Source of the DNA: Vezdaea acicularis | Lineage: Eukaryota | DNA length: 64,000 bases | Assembly (NCBI GenBank): GCA_026025075.1 | Contig: JAPEUI010000077.1 | Span: 1 to 64,000 of the forward strand | Reading direction: 5' to 3' | The notes under the pieces: model-generated | What the model saw: the letters and a program-made list of their open reading frames with translations, nothing else | Database searches by the model: none | What the model was told of the DNA's origin: nothing | In this document: positions 22,214 through 35,681 of the stretch, one piece after another | Layout of the letters: each line of letters starts with the position of its first letter | Numbering within the stretch: the stretch's first letter is position 1 | Position numbers and translations under genes: made by a program

Positions 22214-25200
22214 TTATTCTACATCCTGCTGACACCACGGATGCTGCAGGACCTGCGAAATGGTGGCGCGCTGATCGACGTCTCGATTTAACATCGAGCG
22301 GATGAGGTCGATGCTGCCTTCGCTCATGATATGCGGGACGCGCAGGTCATGGTCCATAATCTCATCGATGCTATAGAAGGGATTCTCCTTGTAGACAATG
22401 GTGTACAAAAGAATACCTAGTGCCCATACGTCTTGCTCTTTGCCGCGGTAGGACTTGCCGGCTAGGACTTCGGGTGCTGCATAGTCTGTACGTAGATCAG
22501 TATAGTTGGGGATCCTTAGATGGAAAGGAGGGGATGATTACCAATCGTGCCCACGAAAACGTCAAAGGGACCGTTTTTGATGTAAGCAGCGCTTCCGAAA
22601 TCAATAAGCTTGATTTTTCCCTCACCGTCGAGAACGACGTTCTCGTCCTTGATATCCCTATGCACTACCAGTGCTTTTGTATGAAGATGATGAAGCGCAT
22701 CGGCTACCTGGTAAAATATAGACCTGCATTCTCCTTCCTCCATGTTTACTCGCAACTCAATGTAATCAAACAAGTCCATTCCTGGAAGACCATGAGGCAC
22801 CATCTCTATGTAGTAATTAATGTCGTCTTCGAAGAAGTCAGACATTTCAACAATATTCGAGTGCTTAAGGCCATCCCGACGCAAATAGTCAAGGACGTGA
22901 ATCTCGAGGGGTACGGTTCCTAAGCGGCGGTCCCGTGTCCACGTGTCAACCAGGATACGCCTTTTTGTGACATATTTCAGCACTACCTTCTTTGAGGCTT
23001 GTCTTTTGTATCGCGCAAGTTTTACTTGCCCGTATGCACCCTGCCCCATCTCTTCGAGAATGACGAAGTCGGTTATGGTCTTTTTCTTAGGCGCTTCGGG
23101 CGAAGATGGCGCGCTCTGATCTTTTGCTACTCTGGCTATTACAGCCCCGTTAGTATCGCCTCCTCCTATCGGTTGAGAAGCAGCCTCTTGTATCTGCTGA
23201 GTGAGGGCCGAAACGTTTGTGATTATTGGACTAGGCTCATCCGGGTCCATCTCTACAGGTACTACACCTGAGGCTTGCCCTGGTGAAGGTTGATGAGGCG
23301 GAGATCCAGGGCGAGACAGTAGCGGAGATATTGCAGTCCCTTTCTGCTGAGGAACAGCATGTATGTGCCTCGAATAGGTGATCCACAGAGCGTACACAAC
23401 TTCGGATTTTGGGGCTGCATCCTCGCCTTCAGATTCATCCTCGCTCCTCTCTTCAATAGCATCCTCAGTGTCATTAGGCCTGAAGCTTTCGCTTTTGACA
23501 ACACGCATTTGAACATCGACCCTGATCTCTGTTCCATCCCGATGTCTTCCAAGAAGGCCGATAGGCCTGAAGAACATTTCTGCGGCATCGGTTTTCCCGT
23601 CGCGCATCGCAAGAATGGCCCGGGCTCTACGGAAGCTATGCTCTGGGATCACCATGCCATCTACCAGTCGGACGCGATCCTCTTCTGTGAGAATGCGAAG
23701 AATCCGATCGAATGCAGGTATCAATTCCGTTATTTTGAGCCCTTCTGGTCTCTCTTGTCCAAAAAGCGCTGCCGAGAAAACCGAATTTGAACTAGTAATC
23801 TCCAAAGTTGAGTCAGAAAGAACCATGATGCCTGCTATGTGCGGAAAGCTTGACGCACGTAGCGCATTTTTGGAGGGTATTCGTTCTAATGTAAGTGGTA
23901 TGCCAGTATCACCAATTGTAAGACCCGCAAAATGTCGGAGCTCTTGAATTTTCTCGTAGTCGACCACTCTATTTTTCCCGTGCCGCATGAAAGGGGTGTG
24001 TGGTATAAGACGTGTAATGTCTATTCCAGACTTAATCTCATCATTTGCCCATATTGCGTTCGTTGCGCCACTGATTCGAGTGACAGAACCTTCATCGTTC
24101 AGCTCGATAGTTGCTACGTCTTCCACAATCTCCTCCAACACCCATATCAGCCCTCCCCTTTTCTCTTTAACCCAGAGACTTGCAGAGCCAGTTGCTCCGT
24201 TACGTTTAAGAATCGGTACTACGTCGCCACATAGGAGGACACCACGCGACTTATTGCTTTGGTGATGCGCTGCTCCCTTTGTTGACTTTGGCTTGGCGTA
24301 AGTTGAGCCACTGCCGTCATCCGTTTGCGAGCGTCTTGTCGCGGCTACTTCTCGGGAAGAAGGCTTCCTTAGCAGCTGGGCTGTCACCCCATTCCCCGAT
24401 ACCAAGCTAGAGGTAGGCAGGCTTGAGGTAGGGTTGGGACTTGTACGCTGGCTTTGGCTGTACGGGAGCCTATCTCGAGCCCTTGCATCTGCTCCAGGCA
24501 TGCCAAGCTTCTCTTCGAGCCATTTTCTACGTTCTTCTCGCACAACTTCAAGAATCCCAATCCTTCGAACTTCAGCCTTCGTTACGCCAAATACGAGACA
24601 TGCGAGATCATTTGCTGCCAGAATAGTCCAAGGAGCCTTCCCCTCTGTCGTGAAGATAGCTTGGGCAGCTGGGGCCCAGCGACTCGTGTGGCCATGCACC
24701 ACTGGACCAGTAGTGAGAGGGCCTGCGGAAAGGAGAGAGGGTATGGAGCTCCCTAGAACTGGGGCAGTGGTCGGAGATACCAATGCCTCAGTCACGGAAG
24801 CTTGATCGGTAGCAATATATGGTTGAGCAAGAGCCTCCATGAGTTTGGTTTGAAGTGTCAACGGAGAGAGGTCAGTGTAAGTTCTTTTCAAGCTACCTCT
24901 CTTGAGAGACGTCGGAGAAGTTTGAGCAGTCGATTGATTATCGTCCGTTGTCTCATGAGACGAGGCTTCAGTAGACGCAATCTTATGTTCACTGACGGGG
25001 TCGAGTCCCTTAACAGGTTGTTGTTTTGGAAGACCTTTCATTATCGGTCCCAAGGGACCTTCGTCTTCACCTTCGGGGCTCTCGGTTTGAGAAACAAAAC
25101 TGTGTTCAAATATATTGAATCCATCTACATCTGCAGGCCCAGTCAAAGGGCCGTGTCGAAGGCCAAGGCCATGCAAATCATGAGATTCCGGTCCAACCAA

Positions 25201-26093
25201 ATTTGCACGCGTCAACAACTCCATCATGTTTTGCACATCTTTATCACCACTGACTTTTGCTTGCGCATTTGCTATGGCGGTATTACTTGCTGCCCATCCG
25301 AATCGATCTCGCATGAAATCTATTGATCGCTTTAGAAGGTTTTGCCTATTGTGTAGAGAGTCTTCTGTCTGATGTGCGAATGAGAATGAATGCAGAGATT
25401 CTGAGGGGAACCGAGAAAGATCTTCACCCATACGCAAGGTCGGTGAGGTTGGGCCTGCTGAGCTCGATCCAGCTCCTAGCCTGTTGGATGGCATGGGAAT
25501 AGTCATAGAGTACGATCGCGGAGGTGCTAACGCCCCTACCGAGGATGACAGAGATGATGGAAGAGTCGGAGCTCGGGATTGAGGCTGCTGTCTAATGCGG
25601 CGCAGACCTGAGGTGCCTAGACCATGTTCATGTTCCGGAAGAACAGGAGACCTAGCACAGTCAGATGAGGAGTCAATGAGTTGTGCTGTCGGAGGGATCT
25701 AAGAAGCTAATCTTTTCAACATACATCGCCAGTGCATCTTGATCCCGTAAAGAGCTTGCGTCAAAAGAGAAGCGTATTCTGGATGTGTCCTGTGGCAAGG
25801 AGTTCTGTGCCAGTAGATTTCCCGTACTTTTGTTCTTTGGTAAATTAAGACTATCACCGGTTGTCACTGAACGCGCATTGCTTGTTGGAGCGTGTTGCAC
25901 TTTGAATTCGCCTATGGCAAGAAACAGTCAGTGACCTGCTCCTTGCTGTCTTTGGGTCGTCAAGGGCTCAAAGGTGATGTACTTGTGGTCATCTGGGATT
26001 GCGAACACAAGATCTGGAACTGCTAGCACTGCTAGACATAACAAAATGTCTACAAGGCGACGTACCATGTTCATCTACATCTGACTCAAGCAT
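22214..26093 (-). CDS. PSK1: PAS-domain Ser/Thr kinase (Psk1/Psk2/Ppk6), 4 exons
   Basis: QAIFTTE..PWTILAANDLACLVFG PAS region; GQGAYGQV, HRDIKDEN, DFGSAAY; short first exon MLESDVDEHG found by splice-site reading. Confidence 0.92.
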
Positions 26094-27135
26094 ACTTGAG
26101 TGCGTCAGACTATAGAGGGTTCGGGTGACCACAAGCCAGCTGACCGGTCAAACGCTTCACAGCTTTGAGAGATAGAGAGTGTAAAAATTAGAATAGCAAT
26201 GCAGCCAGATATGTAATAATATGCTGAGTGAAAGGAGCGGACACTCGGCAGCAGCAAGGCCTCTTGAAGACTCGGAACAGATATCTAGTGCTTGGGCTAG
26301 AGCCACGACATTTACATGAAGCCGGTGTCGGTATCGGCTTTAAGGTTGTGATGGTAGTAGCCTGTCCGACCCGATAGGCGAGGGCGCCAAAGTGAAGGGA
26401 GGGGTAAAAGAGAGACCAGTGATGGTGGATGATGGTTGACAGAATAAGAGATAGAGGGCAGAAAACGTTAGAAAGAGAGCGCGAGTTCGAAAAAAGATTC
26501 CTCTCACGGCGGGCAGAGTCCCGACCCGAGCTGATCGGCGGGGTGTCCTGTGGTAGAAAGTGACTGGCGAGCCCTCATCATGTTGCATGTTGTTAAAGTT
26601 AGGACGTCGTGCCGCAGCGCCGCATGTGACTGCGCATTACATGAGTTCAATTATATGGATTCTGACTACAATCCGTGCAAATTTTGCTAGTCATTCACTG
26701 CGATGCCATAAAGTTGCTCGTATAAAGGCAGTTTCTCCAGTTAATTACATGATAAAGAGGCGCGGTTAAACGGGGTTTTGTCCACATTGTTTTATTGATG
26801 GACGCACTCTCAATAAAGGCATAAATTGGTGATGGGAGACTAAAATCTGACTTTCATAACATAAAATTGCATCCATCAGCCCTCTTGGGTATACTGAAAG
26901 CATTGGTCACGCCCTTCAGAAGCGCGTCTTGGGCGGCATTCCTTGACTTTGAATTCCGAGCGTCTCCAGCAACCTTTAGATCCGGGAGCACGGGCCGGAA
27001 TTTGGTGGGACGTGTATAGCAAGCCACGCGAGCGGTGGCTTTCTACAACCGAGGGGAAGATCAATCGGAAGCGAGCAACTTGTGCCGACCGTCAAAATAT
27101 TTGGATATGTTCAGCTAAGGACTTAATTCGACGAT

Positions 27136-28392
27136 ATGAGCCCCAATACGTCCAAGGTAAATCATCCACCTTATCCAGAAGGTACCTTGCTCTGATGCTC
27201 CAGTATAGAAACGTAAACATGTCTCCTCTTCTTCCAGCTCATCCTCTGCAGCGAACATCGACACCTCCAAGCCTACCGCGATCTTCAAACCCTCGTCAGG
27301 TCGTCGTTGGACTCTGAGCATAGCTCTGCCCGGCAGTATTATATTAAAGTGATTGATTAGCTCTGGGCCATATGGGTCCCTATACTTTCCAGCTAATGGT
27401 TACTTCTCTCTAGTGCCCAGAGTCACGATCTCAAAACAACACTCGCTGGACAAATCGCCAGAGCGTTGGCTGTATTTTGCGTTGACGAGATTGTCATCTT
27501 CTCCGACGAGCCTGTTCCGTTGCATACTCCGAGCTTACCAAAAAATGCTTACACTGGCAACTCTGAACCTGGCCAATTCCTAGCTCACCTTCTTTCATAC
27601 CTCGAAACGCCTCCCTTCCTCCGACGGTCCTTGTTTCCTGAACACGAGAATCTTCGATTTGCGGGGAAGTTACCAAGTCTAGACATGCCCCATCATCTGC
27701 GGGCTCACGAATGGTGTGAATACAGAGAAGGAGTGACGGTAAATCCATCATCGAGCTCCGGCAAGAGTATGTCGAAACGAGGAAAGATGCACCGAAGAAC
27801 CGAAAGCGAAGATGATGAGCAACTACAGCACCAGTCCCTCGTTTATACTGGTCTGAATGAGTTTGCGACCATCAACGTCTCCATTCCTCTCAACACTCGC
27901 GTCACGGTCAGATTCGATCCAGAAGATGGTAGGAGGGCCCCCAGACAAGATATTGAACAACGACTCGGAGCCGAGGCGGTAGCCCCTTCTGCGCCTCGCG
28001 AAGAAGCCGGTTACTATTGGGGTTATGCTGTCCGTAATGCTGAGTCATTGAGCTCTGTTTTCACCGAGTGCCCCTTTGACGGTGGTTATGACCTGAGTGT
28101 TGGGACCTCAGAGCGGGGCGAACCGTTATCCTCATTACAACCAATGCAAGGCGATGGATCGACTCTATTTGCTGGCTTCGAGCATCTCATAATTGTCTTT
28201 GGTGGAGTAGCAGGACTGGAAAAGGCTGTTCAAGTGGATGCGGAGCTGCAGGAACATAGTGTTATTGATCCGAAAGATGTCTTCGATTACTGGATTAATG
28301 TGTGCCCTGGTCAGGGTAGTCGGACTATTAGAACGGAGGAAGCTGTATGGATGGCTTTGATGGGCATGAGACCGTGGATCATGGGCGAATGA
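27136..28392 (+). CDS. SPOUT-class RNA methyltransferase (DUF171 / C9orf114-like), 3 exons
   Basis: TLSIALPGSII, GQIARALAVFCVDEIVIF, YLETPPFLR, GYYWGY, GTSERG, PGQGSRTIRTEEA. Confidence 0.92.
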
Positions 28393-28477
28393 CGGCTGAT
28401 AGATACCCCTGAGCTGCTTCCTTAGTCTACTCCTGACAGTCTTTCCACTAGGCACCTTTTGCACAAGTGGTGTGATT

Positions 28478-29027
28478 TCAGGTCGCAGCAACGCTCATCC
28501 GTAATTGCCTTTCTTTCTGCTGTGCTTGCAACGTCAATCGTTCCACCGCATAACTCAGCCTCTCCTTTTTCTGCGTAAGCATGCGCATTTTAATCGCGTT
28601 TGCCCCGCCTGCGTTCATACTCTTTGCCTTCTTCTTCGCCGCTGCGGCACTCCCACTCTTCCCTGCCGAATCACCCAATCGGCCCATTTGAAGTTCTGCT
28701 TTTGCGCGAAGGCTCTCCTCTCGCCTGCCGAGTCGTTCCAGGTACATTCCGACGCGGCCGAGAAGCATGGATACTTCGGGACGAATTTCGTCTTGTAGGG
28801 CATTTTGAGCCTGGTGTAAGTCATGTTCGGGGACTAGTTCGAAGTGCTTCAGGGGTCAACATTGCTATCTTGAGGGTGCTGACAGGACAGATCCTTACTC
28901 TTGTAGTTTGTAAAACCTTGGATAATCGCGGGAAATCACTGACACCCGAGTCAAGAATGTCAATGCTAGATCCCAGGATATCCAGAGTGGATTTCAGGGT
29001 TGCGACGCAACCTAACAGAGCAGTCAT
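28478..29027 (-). CDS. SPC19: DASH complex subunit Spc19, 2 exons
   Basis: LLGCVATLKSTLDILGSSIDILDSGVSDFPRLSKVLQTTR|HFELVPE...KKERLSYAVERLTLQ. Confidence 0.9.
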
Positions 29028-29296
29028 TATTCCCACGGTCAATTTAGAAGAGGTTTAATACGTCTGTGGCAAAAGAGACCAATCTACTAGAGAATCGTTG
29101 TGAAGTGTAGAACAAACACTTTCGTTGGGAAGACGCGCTCTGTTTATGTCCGACTGTAAAGCGGCGATATATTTTCTCACAAGCGGCGTTGGATCCCTTA
29201 AACTTCGCAACCTCTCCCGAAGCTTCCATCAACCATCTGATTTGCCCTTCAAACCCCCGATCACTTCATCTCATCCCTGCCTGACATCAATCCAAG

Positions 29297-29745
29297 ATGT
29301 CGTTCTGGGGCAAGAAATTTCCTGCACCTATTGGTGAATAAGTCTTTCCGATATTGCTTTTCGGTAGCTAATTGTTCACAGCTAAACCAATGGCTCCGTT
29401 TTACATTGCGGGTAATTCAGTTCATTCCTATCTGCAGCAATTCTCCAAGCCTCAACATGAGTTCTTGGCGTATCTGTCAAGTGGATTCAAGTTTGGGTTT
29501 ATGTTCCATAGTGCTGACGTTGTTTCAATCAGGCGTGGTGATATTATATGGAGTCAACTCATTTGCGAATGTCATGATGACCAGTACGTCTCCCGTCAAT
29601 TGAGCCCAATCTATTCTCTACCATCTAGCTCCTTCCCCAACGACGTACCATTGAAAACATGTGCTGACACGACACAGCCGATGATTATAAGAATGACCCT
29701 CGAAACCCACTCCTGAAGAATGGCAAAGCGGCAGAAAAGCATTAG
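29297..29745 (+). CDS. ATP18: Mitochondrial ATP synthase subunit j, 4 short exons
   Basis: Spliced product MSFWGKKFPAPIAKPMAPFYIAGVVILYGVNSFANVMMTTDDYKNDPRNPLLKNGKAAEKH*. Confidence 0.9.
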
Positions 29746-30056
29746 CTGGGCTTGTACAATAATGGAAACAGGATAAAACAGGAGATAGAAGCAGTAGCTG
29801 TGAATGCAAGCTAGTATACTGGTCTTTCGGAGGATGGAAGATGGCGTGCATTGTACATATGACTGGTATAGCATCTTGGCCGCTGTAAGCGAATAGAGCC
29901 TTTGATCTCCCAACCAATATCAAGACAAGACTGGATATGATCAACCAGAGAATCCTGAAACAAAGGTCACCCCTGAAAATAGGCATCAACAGGATTTCCT
30001 CTCGCCTAGAGCGCCGTAAACCTCCAGACTAACGCCAGTTAGAATTGACCGTCCTG

Positions 30057-31315
30057 TCAAATCTCCTCCCGATCATGCTTCATTGCCCCACGCCCCCGCC
30101 GAATTCGTTCCCCGAGCCCAAGGTCCCCTGCTTGACGGTTCAGCCTGTTCACGAAGCCTCCTCTAGAGCTCCTCGTCTTCTCATCTGCTTCGGCCTCCAT
30201 CTTCTCCCTTTCCTCCAGAGCTTTCAATCGTTCTAGACGATCGCGTTCAAGCTCATCGGCGTTCGACTGCATTGCTGCTAAATTTTTTTCACGCCTCGCT
30301 CTTTCAGCCTCCTTGTCTTCTTCACCAGAAGCCGAACGACGTCGCCTAGCTGGGCGGTCCCTGTGCCGCGGTCTTGAAGAGCCGTCTTGCCCCTTGGGTG
30401 ATGAAAAAGACCTAGCATAGCCCTTTCCTACACTTGGCGATGGGGACCGTCTAGGGTAGCGATTTCGACTCATTGGTGACGGTGAGCGTCTGGAATAGCT
30501 GTTTCGACCTATTGGTGACGGTGAGCGTCTGGAATAGCCGTTTCGACCTGTTGGTGACGGTGAGTGTCTGGAATAACTTTCCTGTATTCTCTGTGAAGAT
30601 GAGCGCCTTGAATGACTATCTTGCCTCCTCGGAGATGGTGAACGGGAGCGTGAAGTGTATGACAATGAGCGACGCCGTCTATGGTGATGCCGATGCTGGT
30701 GCCTGTGCTTTCGATGCCGTCGTTCCTTTTCTATATCCCTCATACTTGTATCCTCTGCACCAGCGGCTTTCAGGATAGCCCTTCTTCGAGTAGGATCATT
30801 CATCATGGCTTCGTAGGCTGCTTGCTCCTGCTTCTTGATCGCCAGCATTGGGTCCTCTCGGATCTTAGCAGCTGTGTCTCGGGTTGTATTCGCGTTCTGT
30901 AAAGCCATGAATGACTCCTCACTAGCCCCCTTCTCGAGGTGTTTTGTCTCATTTCCCTTAATCAGCCCATCAATCCTACGCCTGCCAAGAAGATAGCCCT
31001 CCATCTCCTCTGTAGTTCCCGCTTGACCGCTCGATGGGCCGGAATACATCCAGTCAACTCTGTTCATGCGCTTCTTGCCGCCTGCAGCCTCTTGCATCTC
31101 TTCTAACTCCTGGATATGCCGCTCTTCCTTTCTCTCCTTCATCATCTGGTCAATTCGTTTTCGCTCCTCCAAAGCCTTCTTCTCCTCTTCCCACACCTTC
31201 CGCTGGTTGCTCATGATTAGAGGATGCCATGATTTCTTGAGATTAAGATCCTGTAAAGGCTTTAGAGTCTGCAACCGACAACTTTTGAAGGAGTAGAGAG
31301 ACTTACGCCACCCAT
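30057..31315 (-). CDS. CWC25: Pre-mRNA splicing factor Cwc25
   Basis: [13 protein letters not shown]...[32 protein letters not shown]; 9-nt first exon. Confidence 0.93.
30434..30577. repeat. 39-bp in-frame tandem repeat (~3.7 copies) in CWC25 encoding [13 protein letters not shown]
   Basis: Units start at 30434, 30473, 30512 and 30551. Confidence 0.9.
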
Positions 31316-31804
31316 CTTCGGACCTAGGTGAGTGCTCGTGTAGAGGGGCAGGCACCAAGAATTTTCGAGCTTACAATCTCGAGTTTATGGACCCACGCTC
31401 CTTTATTCGCACGAAATTTCTTGCTGGATGTCCAAGATCTGGCTGATATAACTCGATCAAGCTTGCGATAGCCTTCTGGTCAAGATCTTTACCGAATGGC
31501 TGTCTTTGCTCTATCCGGGTAGATCTTCGGTTTAAGGTCTGGAAGCGACGTTTGGTTCCTCTAGCCGAGCGCCGGCGCAATGTAAATGCGGTGCCGAGAT
31601 CCAATGCTCAATGACCGAGCTCATAGCGAAGGCAGCCAACCTCGATTTCTGGAGCTCTGGCTCATCCACCTACTCTACGTGATTCCTGGAGAATATATCA
31701 TAATCGCATATTGAAGCTCAAAGACGGCCGGACGGGCTTCATGTAGACCCTGGAGCTTTCACGCCGTCCGATTCGCCCCATCTTTTCTTTAAACGGGCGT
31801 CAGA

Positions 31805-33491
31805 ATGTCGGACGAAGATGACTTCATGCAAGATTCGGACGCCGAAGAGTAAGTTGGGATCCTAGCTACCTAGATTTTGATTGCAAAAGGCTGAGTGTTA
31901 GGTACGACTTTGAGTACGAAGACGATGATGATGTAGAGACTGGAGACGTTGATATCGAGAACAAATACTATAACGCAAAACAGCTGAAGTCGTCCGATCC
32001 AGAGGAAGCCATAAAAGAATTTTTGGGCCTACCAGTATTGGAAAGCGAAAAGGGAGATTGGGGCTTCAAAGGGCTTAAACAAGCGATCAAGCTCGAAACG
32101 AGACTGAAGCAGTATGACAAGGTAACAAGTAAATCTCATTGGATAGGCATGTCCTGACTCCGTATAGGCTATTGCACACTATCGCGAGCTACTGACTTAT
32201 GTCAAGTCCGCTGTTACCCGCAATTATTCAGAGAAATCCATAAACAACATATTGGATCACATCGAGAAGGTCTCAGATGATGAGGCATCCGCGAGATCTC
32301 TCGAAGAATTCTATTCTCAAACCCTAGATTCATTTCAAAGCACCAACAACGAGCGGTTATGGCTGAAAACAAACATCAAGCTGGCGAAGTTATGGCTTGA
32401 TCGAAAAGATTACGCCCAGCTATCAAGAAAGTTACGAGAACTACATAGAGCATGCCAGAAACAGGACGGTACGGATGATCCGAGTAAGGGCACATACTCA
32501 CTTGAGGTGTACGCCCTTGAGATTCAAATGTATGCGGAAACGCGTAACAACAAGCGACTCAAGGCGTTATATCAGAGAGCGCTTAAAGTCCGCTCGGCTG
32601 TTCCTCATCCAAAAATAATGGGCATTATTAGGGAATGCGGAGGGAAGATGCACATGAGCGAAGAAAATTGGAAAGAAGCACAGAGCGATTTCTTCGAATC
32701 TTTCAGAAGCTACGATGAAGCTGGCTCTCTGCAACGCATCCAAGTACTAAAATACCTTGTCTTGACGAACATGCTTATGAAGTCTGATATTAATCCTTTT
32801 GATTCTCAAGAGACAAAGCCGTAAGTTTTGAATGACGTAGTAAAAATTGCAAAAACGCTAAAGCTGTCACAGATACAAGAATGATCCTCGCATTGCTGCG
32901 ATGACAGATCTTGTTGAAGCCTACCAGCGAGACGACATCCACAAGTATGAGTCAATCCTGCAAAGTAATCAGGATGTCTTGGCCGACCCCTTCATCGCCG
33001 AGAATATTGATGAAGTTACACGTAACATGCGGACAAAAGCAGTGCTAAAGCTTATTGCCCCATACACTCGGTTCACGCTCGAGTGTATTGCAACGAAGCT
33101 AAACATCGCTCAGTCAGAAGTCCAAGACATCCTTGGCTACCTAATTGTCGATAAGAAAGTCCGAGGAAAGATCGATCAGCAGAAAGGCATAGTGGAGATC
33201 GAAGCAAATAGCGATATTGACCGCATGCAATCTATGATGGAGTGGAGTACGGCAATCGGTTCACTGTGGGAGACTCTCTTCGCAGAAGGTGAAGGGTTCA
33301 GGACAGATGATACGGACATGATGGCCAGTCGAGGGGGCTTCTCGGATGGACCAGGGTTATTCATGACGAAAAGTCCGTTTGGCGCGGCTAGTAGAAGCAA
33401 GCCTGGTTTCAAGTTCAAGGGAGCTTCCGGAAAAACAACGTCAAGTGATGATAGTCAGCTCGGCAGGTCCAAGTCAGGGATAAGCAAGTAG
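31805..33491 (+). CDS. CSN2: COP9 signalosome subunit 2, 4 exons
   Basis: [72 protein letters not shown] domain. Confidence 0.95.
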
Positions 33492-35681
33492 GCCCTTTGA
33501 ATCAATATGCCGCTAGGATCGTACAGATCGGCCATTCAATGTATCCTCTTACGTCATGCCGTGAGTGTCACAAGGATCATCGACATCTCCGAAGCAGTGA
33601 GATAGGGCGCACAGGGTCTATGGCGCTTTTATTTCTAACCCCAGCGGCACGCCTAAAATCCGCCGTAGGTTACCTCGTGACCCCGGGTACATACTGCAAG
33701 CAAATTTGAGAACTTGATACTCCTGGCCTCCCCCTTCCGTATATTCCTTGCGCTGCTCTTATTGCTTTGTAAGATCTCGAGCTAAGTCTATCTTGGCTGG
33801 TGACGCCGATGCTCCTAGGAGCAACTGCTTGTTACACCATCAGCCTCACTTCGTACTCTTTGAATGGCGTCATGATATCCACGTAAAGCGTTATCTTGGT
33901 TTGGGCTTGAGAGGACAATTGTGTCTCTGGTTAGAAATAAGTGAGCGGGAAAAGCAATCAACGGATATCGTATTTTTGGAAGCTTCTTTAGAGGGAGTGA
34001 AGTGTCCGTGTCTAGGAAAGAATGAAGGCTATTTGCTAAGCCACTGAGCGCAGCTTAGCGGGTCCAAGTCTTCCAATTGATCGAATTGTCTTTGCCATAG
34101 GTGCGAAATTTCCCGTGCCATTCAGCTCCAACCCTGGAGAAGGCAGGGTTACCTGGCGAATGGGCAAGCAGCAAGCCATCTTGATGGAGCTGTAAGAATA
34201 GTCAAATCCACATGGCGCCCACCATACGAACTGTGTCAGCGCAAGCTGCATGAAACGCATTGCCTGCTGCAGAGCTTTAACGATTTTGAAGGGTCCCATG
34301 CATTGATCCTTATTCGACGTCGTAGTCCAATCAAAAAAACCTCTCGTCTTGATCTGATAACGAACTGGAGAACTACGATCTGCCGGCCAGCGATCCATTG
34401 TGGGGCGATTCGGTCCACCCCGCCAGGCAAGAACAGCTGTTCGTTCTGCAGATCAATTAACACGTCGAAGCTAGCAGCCGCGCGGGCGCCCGATGGTGAC
34501 AGGGTCTTCTCTTTTTCAACGGCAAGCTTGCTTTTCTCGACTCGATTTTCGCGAGATTGAGGGTCAACTTAGGCGGCATTGGGGTGGCGTGCGTGGCCGA
34601 TTGCCGCTGCCAATAGCTTCAGGTGCGCTGTGCATGGGCTGTTGGCTCGCTACCGCATCGACGTGTATCTCGAAGGTGCAGGAAGGGCCTGCGAATGGTG
34701 GGCCATTCTGCTATTGCGATCATCTCCCCCCAAGCATATCGACGCTCTAGGCTCGGCGGACCGTGGGACCGATAGGTCGTGCGGGAGGGATGGCCCAACT
34801 GCAACTTTCACGTTTTCCAGCGCCAGTTATGATCTTGCGTTAGGGATGGTCGGATTACGGAATTCCGCAGGTGTCAGGCAGAACAGTTGTGCTGTAGGAA
34901 GGCCCTAGAGCTCTCGAAGTGATGTGAATGGCGATGCTTTGGATTCCATTCAGGCATTGAGTTTGATCCATTCCCCACTCTTTATGTGCCGATTGTTGTA
35001 GATGTGGACTGTCCGTTAACCCCTTCCACGGTCTTCTCTCTCGAGGCCGACGGCTGTGCAATCGGCTTAATTACTGTAAACAGGTGTTTTACACCCCCCC
35101 ACATGGCGCAACGGCTGTTTTTTGGGGTGTAGACTGTCCCTGTAAACTTCTGGGCGAGGAGAAGTCTAAGAATGGAGATAGTGAGATGCATGCCCATATA
35201 TTCGAAGTGCCCCACCCCGCGCCTCCTCCCGTTCCCCGCTCTGTTGTAAACTACCCTCAGAACACGTTGATCCCTGAGGGACTGCCGTGGCGTTGCCGTT
35301 CATCACGTTTTGCGCGTGACGACGATTCAATTTCTTGTCCTTCTTAGACCCTTGCCTTTCATAGAAAGCACCTTTCCGTCGAGGCTGTCCTGCTCTTTAA
35401 ACATTGCATGACCCCATCACTCCAGTCGTTGGTTGATCCACGGGAAGGCGAGCTCGCCGAATACGTTGGTTTGTTCGGTCATGAAAACGCAAAATGCCCT
35501 CTTAAGACACCACAGCCCTTGGGCACAGGGTGAATATCCTCCATTCCGCCATCATCTCTTTCCACTCTCGTCTACATTTAGCCATAATCCTCACTCGGTT
35601 GCGCCCGCCGGTCACGTTCGTACGGCTATTCCCGCCCGGCACTCTTTACTTAGAGCTCCGTCGAATCCCTCAGCATTCAAG

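Noticed and set aside
33700..35400. Possible small gene or ncRNA between CSN2 and otubain
   Set aside because: Short ORFs lack motifs and the one small hairpin (~35090-35130) is not diagnostic.
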